Virus genome (UHGV): UHGV-0041851
Strand: one strand, 5' to 3'
From: a virus
Length of the DNA stretch: 41,208 nucleotides
Shown here: piece by piece, positions 31,611-40,792 of the stretch
Numbering within the stretch: the stretch's first letter is position 1
Layout of the letters: every line of letters begins with the position of its first letter
The notes under the pieces: generated by a model
The model's database searches: none
What the model was told of the DNA's origin: nothing
What the model saw: the letters and a program-made list of their open reading frames with translations, nothing else
Program-made: the position numbers and the translations under genes

Positions 31611-31770
31611 TATGAGATAACCTCAAAAGCCCGTATTATACATCAGATTCAACTAATTAGAGGCATCACCAGAAATGGCTTGCTTCCATAGTCTAAAGCA
31701 AGCCACAACACATTTACCTTAAGTACACAATTAACATACCAGAACAGGTTATTTTAACACTATCAGGGAG

Positions 31771-32079
31771 TTAATATACGATCTGGTCTACATGATTACC
31801 AAAATCATCGTCGTCGTCCTCATCGCCACCATCTACAGATGGCCAATCAACAAACCAGCCAGCGTAAAGATGCAGCGTTCGGAGAACATCACTTACGGGA
31901 GCATCAAGGGTGTTAACGAATCCCATATAGCTATTGGGATTTGCCCCAGCTATGGCTTCAGTGATCATGTCCTCGGTAATGTCACCGGAGATAATGCTTA
32001 AACGCCCGGAAACTTCTTCATTATCATCAAATTCGATAATGGCATCTCCGCCTAATGGCGCTGCGATTTTAATCTGCAT
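31771..32079 (-). CDS. Small highly acidic hypothetical protein at the distal end of the dar operon
   Basis: 102 aa; start overlaps the ddrB stop; C-terminus GGDEDDDDDFGNHVD. Confidence 0.5.
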   Translation of the reverse strand: MQIKIAAPLGGDAIIEFDDNEEVSGRLSIISGDITEDMITEAIAGANPNSYMGFVNTLDAPVSDVLRTLHLYAGWFVDWPSVDGGDEDDDDDFGNHVDQIVY

Positions 32080-35056
32080 TATTTAGCTCCTTTGCCACAC
32101 CTAATAACAGTTCCAGCAATCCGTCACCATTCATCAGTGATGCGGCAGCGGCCTCTTTGTCATGATACAACTGAAGAGCCATAGAGAATACTTCCGTTGC
32201 TGACGTTTTGGAAATAGTCGGTGATTTCTGCCGAATTTTCCCGGTGTTACTTACTGAGGCTGGCGGGTATACCTTCGCCATATAAATATTACTCAATCGA
32301 GATCTGAAGCACCATTCAGGCTTGCCACGCCCACCGATATTAACGAAAGATGGCTTATCCCCTTCAACATTGGCCTTCAGGAATGACCGGGCTTTCTCTA
32401 ACAAACCAGGGTTACTGTACTCAAGATGATGACCCAGCTCGTGCCACAGTGCACTTGCATTTTCATCGTTCAAATTGACAGCAACAACACCATTTAGATT
32501 TGCATATGCCCTTCCCTGGTGGTGAACCACCTTTGATAAGGTCGAAATTTTACCGCCGGTCAGGCGATAAATATCAGCAAGTTCCTTGCGCAGGTCTATC
32601 CCACCATTCTGTCCAGCGCGGGCTTCTTCCACTTCTTCCGTGATAAAAGAGTCGGCCCACTCAAGAGCTTTTTCTTCAGATACGGATGAGTTGGCGATCG
32701 CACTGTTCATGGCAGATAACACTTTCTCGTGGACCGAACCCATACTTCGCTGATTCATTTGCCAGCGTGTCTGCGGGTTATATGAGAATCGCTTAAGTAG
32801 TTGGTCAAGATGCTCAAGTTCTTCTTCGCTGACATACTTTTTAGCCTCACAAATAATGCCGGGGAGAATATTGCCGTTAGGATTAAACGCTCGCGAAAGG
32901 AAGAGTTTCAGCGCCCCCATGCCCTCCGATGCTTCAATATCACCAATAACCCGGTTAACAATGGCCGCACTCTTCGGATTAGCATCCGCCAACGCTCTGG
33001 CTACGATTTGCAGGGACGATACGACCTCACGCTGCATATCCGTCCTGATCTCATCAATAAACTCTGGCGTTATGCCGTGCTCTTTAAGGATATCCCTGCC
33101 TTCCGCCGTTACCCCATCGATATCACCGACATGTTTATTAACCCGACTTTGCAATGCCTTAAATGCCTTCAGAATTCCACGGGCATCATCCACTTTACTA
33201 ACGGCCTTCCTGAATGCTGGCAAGAAGTCAGAGTTAACCTCATTTTGTTGATCGGCCCACTGAATGGAGGCTTCTTTCATCTCGTCCAGAGTCAGATCAC
33301 CCAACGCGGTATGGTCTGTGAATATGAGCGACAACCTCTGAACCATTTCTGCCAATGGTGATGCCGAATGCGCCGCGCTAAGGAATGCTTTCACCCTGGT
33401 TGGGCGAATGGAAAACCAGTCAATAGCTGGTGGCATATCTCCGTTTTTTATCGCCTGCGCTATCTCATCAAAGCCGTCGCGCCCAAGGGAGGATGCGTGA
33501 TTTAACAATCCGCGAAGTAACGAATTGCTGATACCGAATAATCGGCACCATTTTTTTACGTCGGCAACAGGCATTCGGACAAAATGCGCAAGCACTTGTA
33601 CAAGCTGCTCATCCTGGGGATCGGTGCGGGATAGCAGCCTGATCAGATGAATAATGTCTTTGATGCCGGATGCCCGATGTAATAGCAAGCTGGTATATGG
33701 AGCAACACCGTTGTAACTACCGCCGGAAACGGACTCGAAAAGACCGCCGGATATCCCTTGCATGCCTTCGTTTTCCAGTTCCTGAGACACCTGGCGAAGG
33801 ATATCCTGTAACGACACATCGCCGCCGCCAAACATATCCCCGAGCGCCTGGCCCTGGTGCTGTAACTCATCATTGATACGTTGCGCCATCAACTTAAAGG
33901 CGGTGGCCATACGCTTCGCGCTACGGTTATTCGCGACGATGAACAACGCGAGTGCTTTCACTTCCGGGGCCGTTTCGCTGAACATATCCCCCTGAGCAAT
34001 AACATCGGTAATATGCTGGCCTGACTCCTTCGATTGCCTTACCAGGTCTACCGCATCTTTCAATGCCGCCAGCGCCTTTTTATCGAGGCTATCCGCTGTC
34101 TCAATGCCATCAACAATAGTTGTCACAGCCTGCTTGTGCGCTTCTCCTGACAAAGCCTGCATCTGGACAAAATCATTGGCTGCCGCATTAAGCGCCGTCA
34201 GAACATTACGCATATCCGGATCAGGTTCTTCTGCAACCATCCTTACCAGGCGCGCATCCTTATATGCCTTGGCAAAGATCGCGTTTTGTATACGGTCTAC
34301 AAGTTGCCGTGTTGGTCGCCCATCTTCAGTTACAAGGCCAGCCGCCTGTGTGGCACCAACTTGCGTCATAAATCCGCGAATAAACGTGTCATTACTGCGG
34401 CTAAGCAGATCTCCGCTTTCTGACGGGTTAAAAAGCGCCATCATCGCCGGTGTTATGCTGTCGGCATCAACAAAAGCCTTTTCACTGGCTGCCATTTCCT
34501 GAAGATCAGAAATATTTGAGTCCTTGGCAAACTGAACGCGGTCAACCTTAGTTAACCGGCGGCGCACCAGTACCGGAGCCGTCATTGATTCAACCTTTTC
34601 AGGTCGTATGCCGAATTCGGTCGCATGATCAATCAGGTACTCACGATACCGATCCGCATTGCCGTCCTGATAGGCTTTAATGATCCCCATGGTCCGTCCA
34701 TTACCTGACTCAACGGCATTGTCCTCACCAATTATCGGCGCGCCATGGCTGGATAGACCGGAATCGGTAAGCTGAGCAGGCCGCAAATCCTTGGATATCT
34801 GGTTAACCTGAAGAAGGCTGGATGCGCGGGTCCGGTCGCGCGGTTGAAGTTCCTGGGGATAGTCAGGATTAATTTTCCCATCCAGAGTATTGGATACCAA
34901 AAGAGCTGAGGCATCGACGATATCAAACGCTGTTTTTACCTCGTCTCCCTTCGCTGTCACCACATACGAAACCCGCCCATAATCGGGCAAGTTCTTTAGC
35001 AGCTCGATCAGCGTTTCTATGCTGGTGGCCATTACCACCTGATCGCTTAAGCTCAT
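32069..35056 (-). CDS. ddrB: DdrB, large Dar-associated head protein (putative)
   Basis: 995-aa ORF immediately downstream of ddrA/darA on the same strand; assignment by size and synteny. Confidence 0.65.
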   Translation of the reverse strand: MSLSDQVVMATSIETLIELLKNLPDYGRVSYVVTAKGDEVKTAFDIVDASALLVSNTLDGKINPDYPQELQPRDRTRASSLLQVNQISKDLRPAQLTDSGLSSHGAPIIGEDNAVESGNGRTMGIIKAYQDGNADRYREYLIDHATEFGIRPEKVESMTAPVLVRRRLTKVDRVQFAKDSNISDLQEMAASEKAFVDADSITPAMMALFNPSESGDLLSRSNDTFIRGFMTQVGATQAAGLVTEDGRPTRQLVDRIQNAIFAKAYKDARLVRMVAEEPDPDMRNVLTALNAAANDFVQMQALSGEAHKQAVTTIVDGIETADSLDKKALAALKDAVDLVRQSKESGQHITDVIAQGDMFSETAPEVKALALFIVANNRSAKRMATAFKLMAQRINDELQHQGQALGDMFGGGDVSLQDILRQVSQELENEGMQGISGGLFESVSGGSYNGVAPYTSLLLHRASGIKDIIHLIRLLSRTDPQDEQLVQVLAHFVRMPVADVKKWCRLFGISNSLLRGLLNHASSLGRDGFDEIAQAIKNGDMPPAIDWFSIRPTRVKAFLSAAHSASPLAEMVQRLSLIFTDHTALGDLTLDEMKEASIQWADQQNEVNSDFLPAFRKAVSKVDDARGILKAFKALQSRVNKHVGDIDGVTAEGRDILKEHGITPEFIDEIRTDMQREVVSSLQIVARALADANPKSAAIVNRVIGDIEASEGMGALKLFLSRAFNPNGNILPGIICEAKKYVSEEELEHLDQLLKRFSYNPQTRWQMNQRSMGSVHEKVLSAMNSAIANSSVSEEKALEWADSFITEEVEEARAGQNGGIDLRKELADIYRLTGGKISTLSKVVHHQGRAYANLNGVVAVNLNDENASALWHELGHHLEYSNPGLLEKARSFLKANVEGDKPSFVNIGGRGKPEWCFRSRLSNIYMAKVYPPASVSNTGKIRQKSPTISKTSATEVFSMALQLYHDKEAAAASLMNGDGLLELLLGVAKELNNAD

Positions 35057-35068
35057 CCCTGTTACGCC

Positions 35069-35434
35069 TTATGCTGCCTCTTTAATGTTGGCGGCTATCC
35101 ATGCCGCCGTGTGCTGTTTAACCTGGTCCAGGTCGATGTATGTGCCAACATATTGACTCAAATCCTGCAAGGTACCGATAAATGCATCGGTGCTCTGATC
35201 GACGAATTTATCAGCCAGGAAATCAGCAACCAGTTTTGGCACACCATCATGTTCCGAAGGTTGTTTTTCCTCGCCACTACCACCTCCGGACGCGCCGTAC
35301 CCCATCTGTTGCATGATCTGGTCGATTTCATCGCTGATATCCAGCAACTCCATGCCACTCGCGGTAGCCGCTTTGGACATCAGAGCATCCAACTTATCGC
35401 TGAGATCCATTAACTCAATAGCTGATAGTGTCAT
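35069..35434 (-). CDS. ddrA: DdrA (putative)
   Basis: 121-aa acidic ORF overlapping the darA stop. Confidence 0.55.
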   Translation of the reverse strand: MTLSAIELMDLSDKLDALMSKAATASGMELLDISDEIDQIMQQMGYGASGGGSGEEKQPSEHDGVPKLVADFLADKFVDQSTDAFIGTLQDLSQYVGTYIDLDQVKQHTAAWIAANIKEAA

Positions 35435-37350
35435 GCCGCTACCCCCGCTTTCTGGATTGCTACCAGCAGATCAGCCAGGTGGCGAGCAGCGCCATTAACC
35501 AGCTCTTCGTTTTCCTCAAAACGCCCGGCAGCCTGAAGGGCTGCAATCGCTTCCCGGACATTGCCCCGGGCGTTACGGATCTCCGCCATGTCAGTGCTTT
35601 GCATATCCATCACGTTATTGAGATATTCAATGGCTTTATTAGCCTCTGCATCTGCTTCGCTAACCGTTTCATCAGGCTGTGCCGGGGCAGGTTCTGGCTG
35701 AGTAATCTCACCGACTTCGGCCTGCAATGCATTGATCATGCTCTGCACCATTTTTTCGGTGCCAGCGCCCCCCGGATACGCAATATTGGGGAAAGTTTTT
35801 TGAAACTGAGTTTTCAGCATTACGCGGAACTCGTCTGGTGAGCTGGTGGCCAGCTCCAGAGCTTTTTGTGCATATTTGCCAAACGGACCATTAGTAAGTG
35901 TCTTCGCCAAGAAGTCGAAAGAATCCTCGCGAGGCAATAACTTCAGGTCGTACTCACTCATTTGCTGATCAGAAAGCGGGGTATCGTAAGTAGCAATGCC
36001 GTAGCGTGCATATTCATAATACGGGTCACCTTCATCAGGGCGCGGCAGAATTGCTTTGTTACCTTCAGGTATTGCGCCAGGGGCCGCCGGACGCATTTGC
36101 AGGGCATATCGATATGCACCTACAGAGACTTCTGGTTCAGGCGAAGAGCTACCGGTATCCTCCGCTGGTTCAGGTTCGACGTTTTCCGGTTTATGTTCTT
36201 CTGGTTGGACCAGGTATTCCGATACATTACCCGCTTTATAGGCTTTAAACAGCTTGCCGATCGCATCTGCCATGTCCACACCCTGTATGGATTTAGCCTT
36301 GATCATGTACACGCTGCCATCCGAATCGGTTAACTGGATATACCCTTCACCGTCCTCAATGAATTGCTTCATTGATGCACCATTACTGAGCGTCACTTCC
36401 CCGTTCATATGCATACGATTTTTGATACTTGCAAGGCGATCCGTCATCGCGCGAGAGTGTCCACCAGTCATCCCCGCAGGAGCAATGGTTTCGCGCCCAC
36501 CAGTTCGATTGAGCTGATCAATCTCCGTCTGCAAACGCTCATTCTCTTCATAAAGAGAATCCGCTTCCGATGCAACAGCGTTAATTTTCTGCTCCAGATC
36601 TACCTTCTGCCCTTCTACCGCTGCCACCTGATCCGCGAGGTCGCTCATGGCATCCTCTTTCTGGTCACTGTCAGCCTGTAGTTGGGTTATTTCATCAACC
36701 AGGGCTTTTTTCTTCTTCTGCGCACGCTGGAATTTTGCCGAGTTTTTCTCTGCAAGGTTGGCAAGTTTCATGGTGACCTGCGCCAGCGTCATATCACGTC
36801 CACTCATCGGAGCAACGGTATGAGTAACGTCTTTTTTATTCAGTAAGAACTGGAAAGCAATCAGCGTATCGCTATTGGTGATCCGGTTTTCCGCTGTCGG
36901 GCTATGAAACAGAATGCTGATAGTCTGACCATCACTGAGCGGAATAATGGCTGGCAGGACCGGCAGCCCGTTAACGTTACGTGCCCGGCCAATTTCAGCC
37001 CCGCCGATCGCGCGTGCACCGTTCTGGGCCACATCCCCCGTTTTATCACTCCCCGCAGAGATTCCGGTACCATTCAGCTTCTGGTTTAATGCCCGGACAA
37101 ATGCCTGCATGGTCCGGTGTAACTGCAAACGAGTAGAACTAATCGCCTCCAGTAAATCCGTAGCACACCAGTGGATCGGCGTGTCATAGAAGAACGTAGC
37201 CTCGATTTCCTCCAGGGTGTTGGATTCCGTCATCAGATAGCGGTCCTCACCGGCCATTAATGCGCGATATTCATCATCAGTCACTGGCGGGGGAAGCACG
37301 TCAAGCCCAGGCTTGATCGTCACCCCTTTATTGATATTGAACTGTTCCAT
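35431..37350 (-). CDS. darA: DarA, defence against restriction / internal head protein
   Basis: 639-aa ORF, the size reported for P1 DarA; central coiled-coil region; follows hdf. Confidence 0.8.
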   Translation of the reverse strand: MEQFNINKGVTIKPGLDVLPPPVTDDEYRALMAGEDRYLMTESNTLEEIEATFFYDTPIHWCATDLLEAISSTRLQLHRTMQAFVRALNQKLNGTGISAGSDKTGDVAQNGARAIGGAEIGRARNVNGLPVLPAIIPLSDGQTISILFHSPTAENRITNSDTLIAFQFLLNKKDVTHTVAPMSGRDMTLAQVTMKLANLAEKNSAKFQRAQKKKKALVDEITQLQADSDQKEDAMSDLADQVAAVEGQKVDLEQKINAVASEADSLYEENERLQTEIDQLNRTGGRETIAPAGMTGGHSRAMTDRLASIKNRMHMNGEVTLSNGASMKQFIEDGEGYIQLTDSDGSVYMIKAKSIQGVDMADAIGKLFKAYKAGNVSEYLVQPEEHKPENVEPEPAEDTGSSSPEPEVSVGAYRYALQMRPAAPGAIPEGNKAILPRPDEGDPYYEYARYGIATYDTPLSDQQMSEYDLKLLPREDSFDFLAKTLTNGPFGKYAQKALELATSSPDEFRVMLKTQFQKTFPNIAYPGGAGTEKMVQSMINALQAEVGEITQPEPAPAQPDETVSEADAEANKAIEYLNNVMDMQSTDMAEIRNARGNVREAIAALQAAGRFEENEELVNGAARHLADLLVAIQKAGVAA

Positions 37351-37351
37351 G

Positions 37352-37963
37352 TTAATTTCCTGCTTTCAGTTGCTTAAGACGGCGTTTGAGTTCGCCATTT
37401 CGGGCCTTTTCGTTATTGAGTCGGCCTGTCTCCTTATCCAGCTTCGCCCGCAAATCAGTGATCTGCTGTTGATTGAAAGACACCGAGTTCTGCGCTGATT
37501 TATAAGCGGCAACCACCTGAGCATTCCGCTGTTTTGCCTCTTGCAGGCGCTGAAAGTTGGATTTTACTGCCGGTTTCTTGTCTACCGGATTGGCAACACG
37601 TTTCGCTTTGGCGATCAGTGATTTCTGGAATTTTGCGGAGTTTTTGCGGGCCGCTTGCCCCATGACGGTACCAAGCGTCTTGATATCCGGCGACTGAGCG
37701 TTAGGAATAGCTTTTCCATTCAGCCTCACAGACGATATATCGCCAGTATCGTTTACCTGTATGGCAAGAATTTGTCCGTCGTTAAGAACCAGCTTTGCGG
37801 TTTTAACTTTAACGCCATCTTTCGTTGTTGCGCGGTTGCTGGAGTCAACCTCAATTACCGTAACACCGGTTTTATTGATCGCCGCGATAAGGGATTTCAG
37901 CCCCTTTTCATTAACCTGGTCAAAATCGACCGTTGCATACTTATTTTTCGTCATCTGACACAT
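37352..37963 (-). CDS. hdf: Hdf (putative)
   Basis: 203-aa basic, coiled-coil ORF directly upstream of darA. Confidence 0.55.
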   Translation of the reverse strand: MCQMTKNKYATVDFDQVNEKGLKSLIAAINKTGVTVIEVDSSNRATTKDGVKVKTAKLVLNDGQILAIQVNDTGDISSVRLNGKAIPNAQSPDIKTLGTVMGQAARKNSAKFQKSLIAKAKRVANPVDKKPAVKSNFQRLQEAKQRNAQVVAAYKSAQNSVSFNQQQITDLRAKLDKETGRLNNEKARNGELKRRLKQLKAGN

Positions 37964-38384
37964 CCTGTGCGAGATTTATTACGTAACTTCTGCGGATTTG
38001 CTGAGTAACAGGGAAAATCCGATACAACGGGTTAATGAACGAGTCGCCATGCGTAACCATGACGTTGAAATGCCACAGTCGCTCTCCTTTACCCATATAT
38101 TCAGTGGGTATGTACAACCATTCACTGTTTTCGCCCTGTTCAGCCGACGTCAAACAACGTTGTTCGCCTTCAATCACTGTCGTCGGCTTCTGAACATCGC
38201 GGATCCAATATCTGACCGTTGCGCCGCGCAAAAACGGGAATTTAGACCGGTATTTGAACGGCACCCGGATGAAACCCGGTTTAATTTCCACATCACCAAG
38301 TTCTAAATGCGTGATGTCCTTGCGTTTTAGCAAATAGCGATCGGCTAAGGCTAACGCAAGAACGCATACACCCCAGCCAATCAT
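37941..38384 (-). CDS. lydB: LydB (putative antiholin)
   Basis: 147-aa ORF overlapping the lydA stop; operon position. Confidence 0.55.
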   Translation of the reverse strand: MIGWGVCVLALALADRYLLKRKDITHLELGDVEIKPGFIRVPFKYRSKFPFLRGATVRYWIRDVQKPTTVIEGEQRCLTSAEQGENSEWLYIPTEYMGKGERLWHFNVMVTHGDSFINPLYRIFPVTQQIRRSYVINLAQDVSDDEK

Positions 38385-38710
38385 TTCCCGCCTCCCTTTT
38401 TCACCAAACTTGTAAGAACATTCAGAATGCTATCGATATTCACTCGTTTCATCCCTGAAATCACCTCATGACCGTTATTGCTGGCTATCGTTACCATTAA
38501 GTACGTAATTGATAACTCCCAGCCCTCGTGTTGCCCCAATAGGTACGCCACCGCGCCAGCTGTCACTGCAACAAAGATCTCCGTAACCAATCCCAACAAA
38601 TTGCCAGACTGGCGACCGTCTCGGACATCCATCAGGAACGTGCCTATCCCACCAATTACTGAAAGCAGGAGCGCAATAGCAACTGGAGCTAATTCCTGTG
38701 TGTCAAGCAC
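38381..38710 (-). CDS. lydA: LydA holin (putative)
   Basis: 109 aa with hydrophobic transmembrane-like segments and a charged C-terminus (KKGGGK). Confidence 0.6.
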   Translation of the reverse strand: MLDTQELAPVAIALLLSVIGGIGTFLMDVRDGRQSGNLLGLVTEIFVAVTAGAVAYLLGQHEGWELSITYLMVTIASNNGHEVISGMKRVNIDSILNVLTSLVKKGGGK

Positions 38711-38784
38711 AAGTTCCCTCCTACGTTGTCAGGAGGTAATGGTATGCAAAGTAACTTCTCAACCGGTTATGTTGCATAAGAGAC

Positions 38785-39048
38785 TTACCTATTCAACCGA
38801 CTTTTGGAACCTTCAATAATAAGCCTGCTATTGGCGCTGAAAATAAGAACCATGCAGCTCTGAAGGCTTTCATTCATGTCCTTATATTCCGCGAGATACA
38901 TGCCAATAAAGCCAGCAAGTACGGCGGAAATACATTCGGCCAGCAATTTCTTGCATGAAGACTCGTAACGGTTTTCACATAGCCCACTCAAATACGAATA
39001 CACCCCACCAAGAAGGGATAACATCACGATATGTACATAAAATGTCAT
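38785..39048 (-). CDS. Small membrane protein (holin-like), first gene of the lyd/dar transcription unit
   Basis: 87-aa ORF with two hydrophobic segments, upstream of lydA. Confidence 0.4.
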   Translation of the reverse strand: MTFYVHIVMLSLLGGVYSYLSGLCENRYESSCKKLLAECISAVLAGFIGMYLAEYKDMNESLQSCMVLIFSANSRLIIEGSKSRLNR

Positions 39049-39175
39049 TTTTTACCTATACAACAGTAAGTTGAACAACATTTGAGAACGGTATGCACTT
39101 TGTGATTTCCACACACACTGGTTTTGTTAATTAAAACCTGTAGCTTGCAATAAATAACGATAGTGGGCAGAAAAT

Positions 39176-39361
39176 ATGCTAATAGGCTATGTACGCATAT
39201 AGACAAATGAACAAAACACAGCTATGCAGTGAAAAGCACTTGAAAGCGCAGGATGTGAGCTAATTTTTGCGAATAAGGCGAGCAGCAAAAAAGCTGGGCA
39301 CCCTGGGTTAAAAAAGGTTCTGCGTATGCTTTCCAGAGGTGATACCCTAGTCTCGGACTAG
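39176..39361 (+). pseudogene. Decayed N-terminal fragment of a second serine DNA invertase gene
   Basis: Translation MLIGYVRI*TNEQNTAMQ*KALESAGCELIFANKASSKKAGHPGLKKVLRMLSRGDTLVSD* parallels the N-terminus of the intact invertase (IGYIRVSTNDQNTDLQRNALNCAGCELIFEDK..PGLKKLLRTLSEGDTLV) but has two in-frame stops and is truncated. Confidence 0.7.
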
Positions 39362-39363
39362 GG
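39345..39363. repeat. Perfect 19-bp palindrome at the truncation point of the invertase pseudogene
   Basis: CCCTAGTC-TCG-GACTAGGG, 8-bp arms with a 3-bp spacer. Confidence 0.8.
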
Positions 39364-39483
39364 ACAACATTTCGAGAACAGTTTTCATTAGCGGTCAGCA
39401 GGCGCTAGATACATCGAATTGATGTGCCGCGCGATAAATGTACCTATTCTATCAAGATAAATTACACCGACGCGGCATTAGAA

Positions 39484-40056
39484 TTACAGCTCAGATTGAG
39501 TTTGGCGCTTCTCTACAGGATGATAACGATAAATCGTCGATACACCGATATCGTAAATAATTGCCAACTGTTTCCTGCTGTAGCCATTTTCGATCAACCT
39601 CGCTATTTGCTCATGTTGTTCTTTTGTCAACTTCGGGCGACGTCCGCCAATGCGTCCCTGTTCGCGTGCAGCTGCCAGTCCGGCCAGTGTTCTCTCAACA
39701 ATTAATTCACGTTCCATTTCTGCTAAAGCACCCATGACATGAAAAAAGAAACGCCCCATGGGTGTTGATGTGTCAATACTGTCTGTCAGACTACGGAAAT
39801 TAACACCTTTTTCCCGCAACTCCTCTATAAGCGTGATAAGGTGTTTCATACTTCTGCCAAGCCTATCCAGCTTCCAGACAACCAGCGTATCTCCTTCTGA
39901 TAACGTTCTGAGCAGCTTTTTCAAGCCTGGTCTGGCTGACTTTGTTCCGCTTATTTTATCTTCAAAAATCAGTTCACATCCTGCGCAGTTCAGTGCATTT
40001 CTTTGTAAATCTGTGTTTTGGTCATTTGTTGACACACGAATGTAGCCAATTTGCAT
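39484..40056 (-). CDS. cin: Serine DNA invertase (Cin/Gin/Hin/Min family)
   Basis: 190 aa from the ATG at 40056 (AGAGG Shine-Dalgarno); catalytic N-terminus IGYIRVSTNDQ, VWKLDRLGRS and C-terminal HTH; adjacent to the tail-fibre cassettes. Confidence 0.85.
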   Translation of the reverse strand: MQIGYIRVSTNDQNTDLQRNALNCAGCELIFEDKISGTKSARPGLKKLLRTLSEGDTLVVWKLDRLGRSMKHLITLIEELREKGVNFRSLTDSIDTSTPMGRFFFHVMGALAEMERELIVERTLAGLAAAREQGRIGGRRPKLTKEQHEQIARLIENGYSRKQLAIIYDIGVSTIYRYHPVEKRQTQSEL

Positions 40057-40116
40057 GAAAAACAACCTCTTTGTTTAGTTAAAAATACATCGTTGGTATA
40101 GGTAGGGATTAAGACT

Positions 40117-40312
40117 AAAACGTTGGTTTGGGGGAAGGCTCAGCATTGCCTGTTGGCGTACCTGTTCCGTGGCCCTCAGCCACTCCGCCAACGGGGTGGC
40201 TGAAATGTAACGGAGCAGCATTTTCTTCTGAAAAGTACCCAAATCTGGCAAAGGCTTACCCTACTAATAAATTGCCGGATTTACGCGGTGAATTTATTCG
40301 TGGCTGGGATGA
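40117..40312 (+). repeat. Conserved 5' block of tail-fibre cassette 1 (candidate crossover region)
   Basis: Near-identical to 40589-40792, including a 67-bp perfect identity (40188-40254 = 40660-40726) encoding TGWLKCNGAAFSSEKYPNLAK; begins with AAAACGTTGGTTT directly after a stop codon. Confidence 0.7.
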
Positions 40313-40589
40313 CGGACGTGGTGTGGATGCCGGGCGACAATTATTATCTTCACAGGGGGATGCAATAAGAAATATTGAGGGGTTCGCAGATGGCGGGATC
40401 GGCATGTCTTTTGATGCAATCAGAGGGGCTTTTTACGATGCAGGAACACGATCAGCGAGAATGCCGAATAACACAACTACTATAGACAAAACCGATGACC
40501 TTGGATTCGACGCCTCTCGTGTCGTGCCAACAGCTAATGAAAACCGTCCTCGTAATATTGCCTTTAATTATATCGTAAGGGCGGCATAA
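40128..40589 (+). CDS. Tail-fibre C-terminal tip cassette 1 (promoterless module)
   Basis: Frame is open from 40119; encodes PVPWPSATPPTGWLKCNGAAFSSEKYPNLAK..., resembling C-termini of lambda Stf / Mu-P1 S-type fibres, and ends with the conserved NIAFNYIVRAA. Confidence 0.7.
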   Translation: MGEGSALPVGVPVPWPSATPPTGWLKCNGAAFSSEKYPNLAKAYPTNKLPDLRGEFIRGWDDGRGVDAGRQLLSSQGDAIRNIEGFADGGIGMSFDAIRGAFYDAGTRSARMPNNTTTIDKTDDLGFDASRVVPTANENRPRNIAFNYIVRAA

Positions 40590-40792
40590 AAACGTTGGTT
40601 TAGGGGAAGGCTCGGCGCTGCCCGTTGGTGTGCCTGTTCCGTGGCCCTCCGCCACACCACCAACGGGGTGGCTGAAATGTAACGGAGCAGCATTTTCTTC
40701 TGAAAAGTACCCAAATCTGGCAAAGGTTTACCCAACGTTAAAATTACCTGATTTACGCGGTGAGTTTATCCGTGGTTGGGATGATTCGAGAG
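40589..40792 (+). repeat. Conserved 5' block of tail-fibre cassette 2
   Basis: Direct repeat of 40117-40312. Confidence 0.7.

Larger units (their letters stand above)
30913..31670 (-). mobile_element. IS1-family insertion sequence, probably decayed
   Basis: About 758 bp; imperfect terminal inverted repeats GGTAGTGCATCCAATTAGTAG.. and ..CTAATTAGAGGCATCACC; InsA-like and InsB-like reading frames with the A6C frameshift motif (TTTAAAAAAC on the coding strand); no flanking direct repeat found. Confidence 0.8.

Noticed and set aside
29563-31670. Porin plus IS1 as a composite transposon
   Set aside because: Only one IS copy is visible in the window and no second inverted or direct IS1 copy flanks the porin, so a composite transposon cannot be supported from this sequence.
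32801-33361. 186-aa and 131-aa plus-strand ORFs inside ddrB
   Set aside because: Antisense to the long ddrB frame; shadow ORFs.
35962-36681. Several plus-strand ORFs inside darA
   Set aside because: Antisense to darA; no supporting signals.
39424-39705. 93-aa plus-strand ORF overlapping the invertase 3' end
   Set aside because: Antisense to the well-supported invertase gene.
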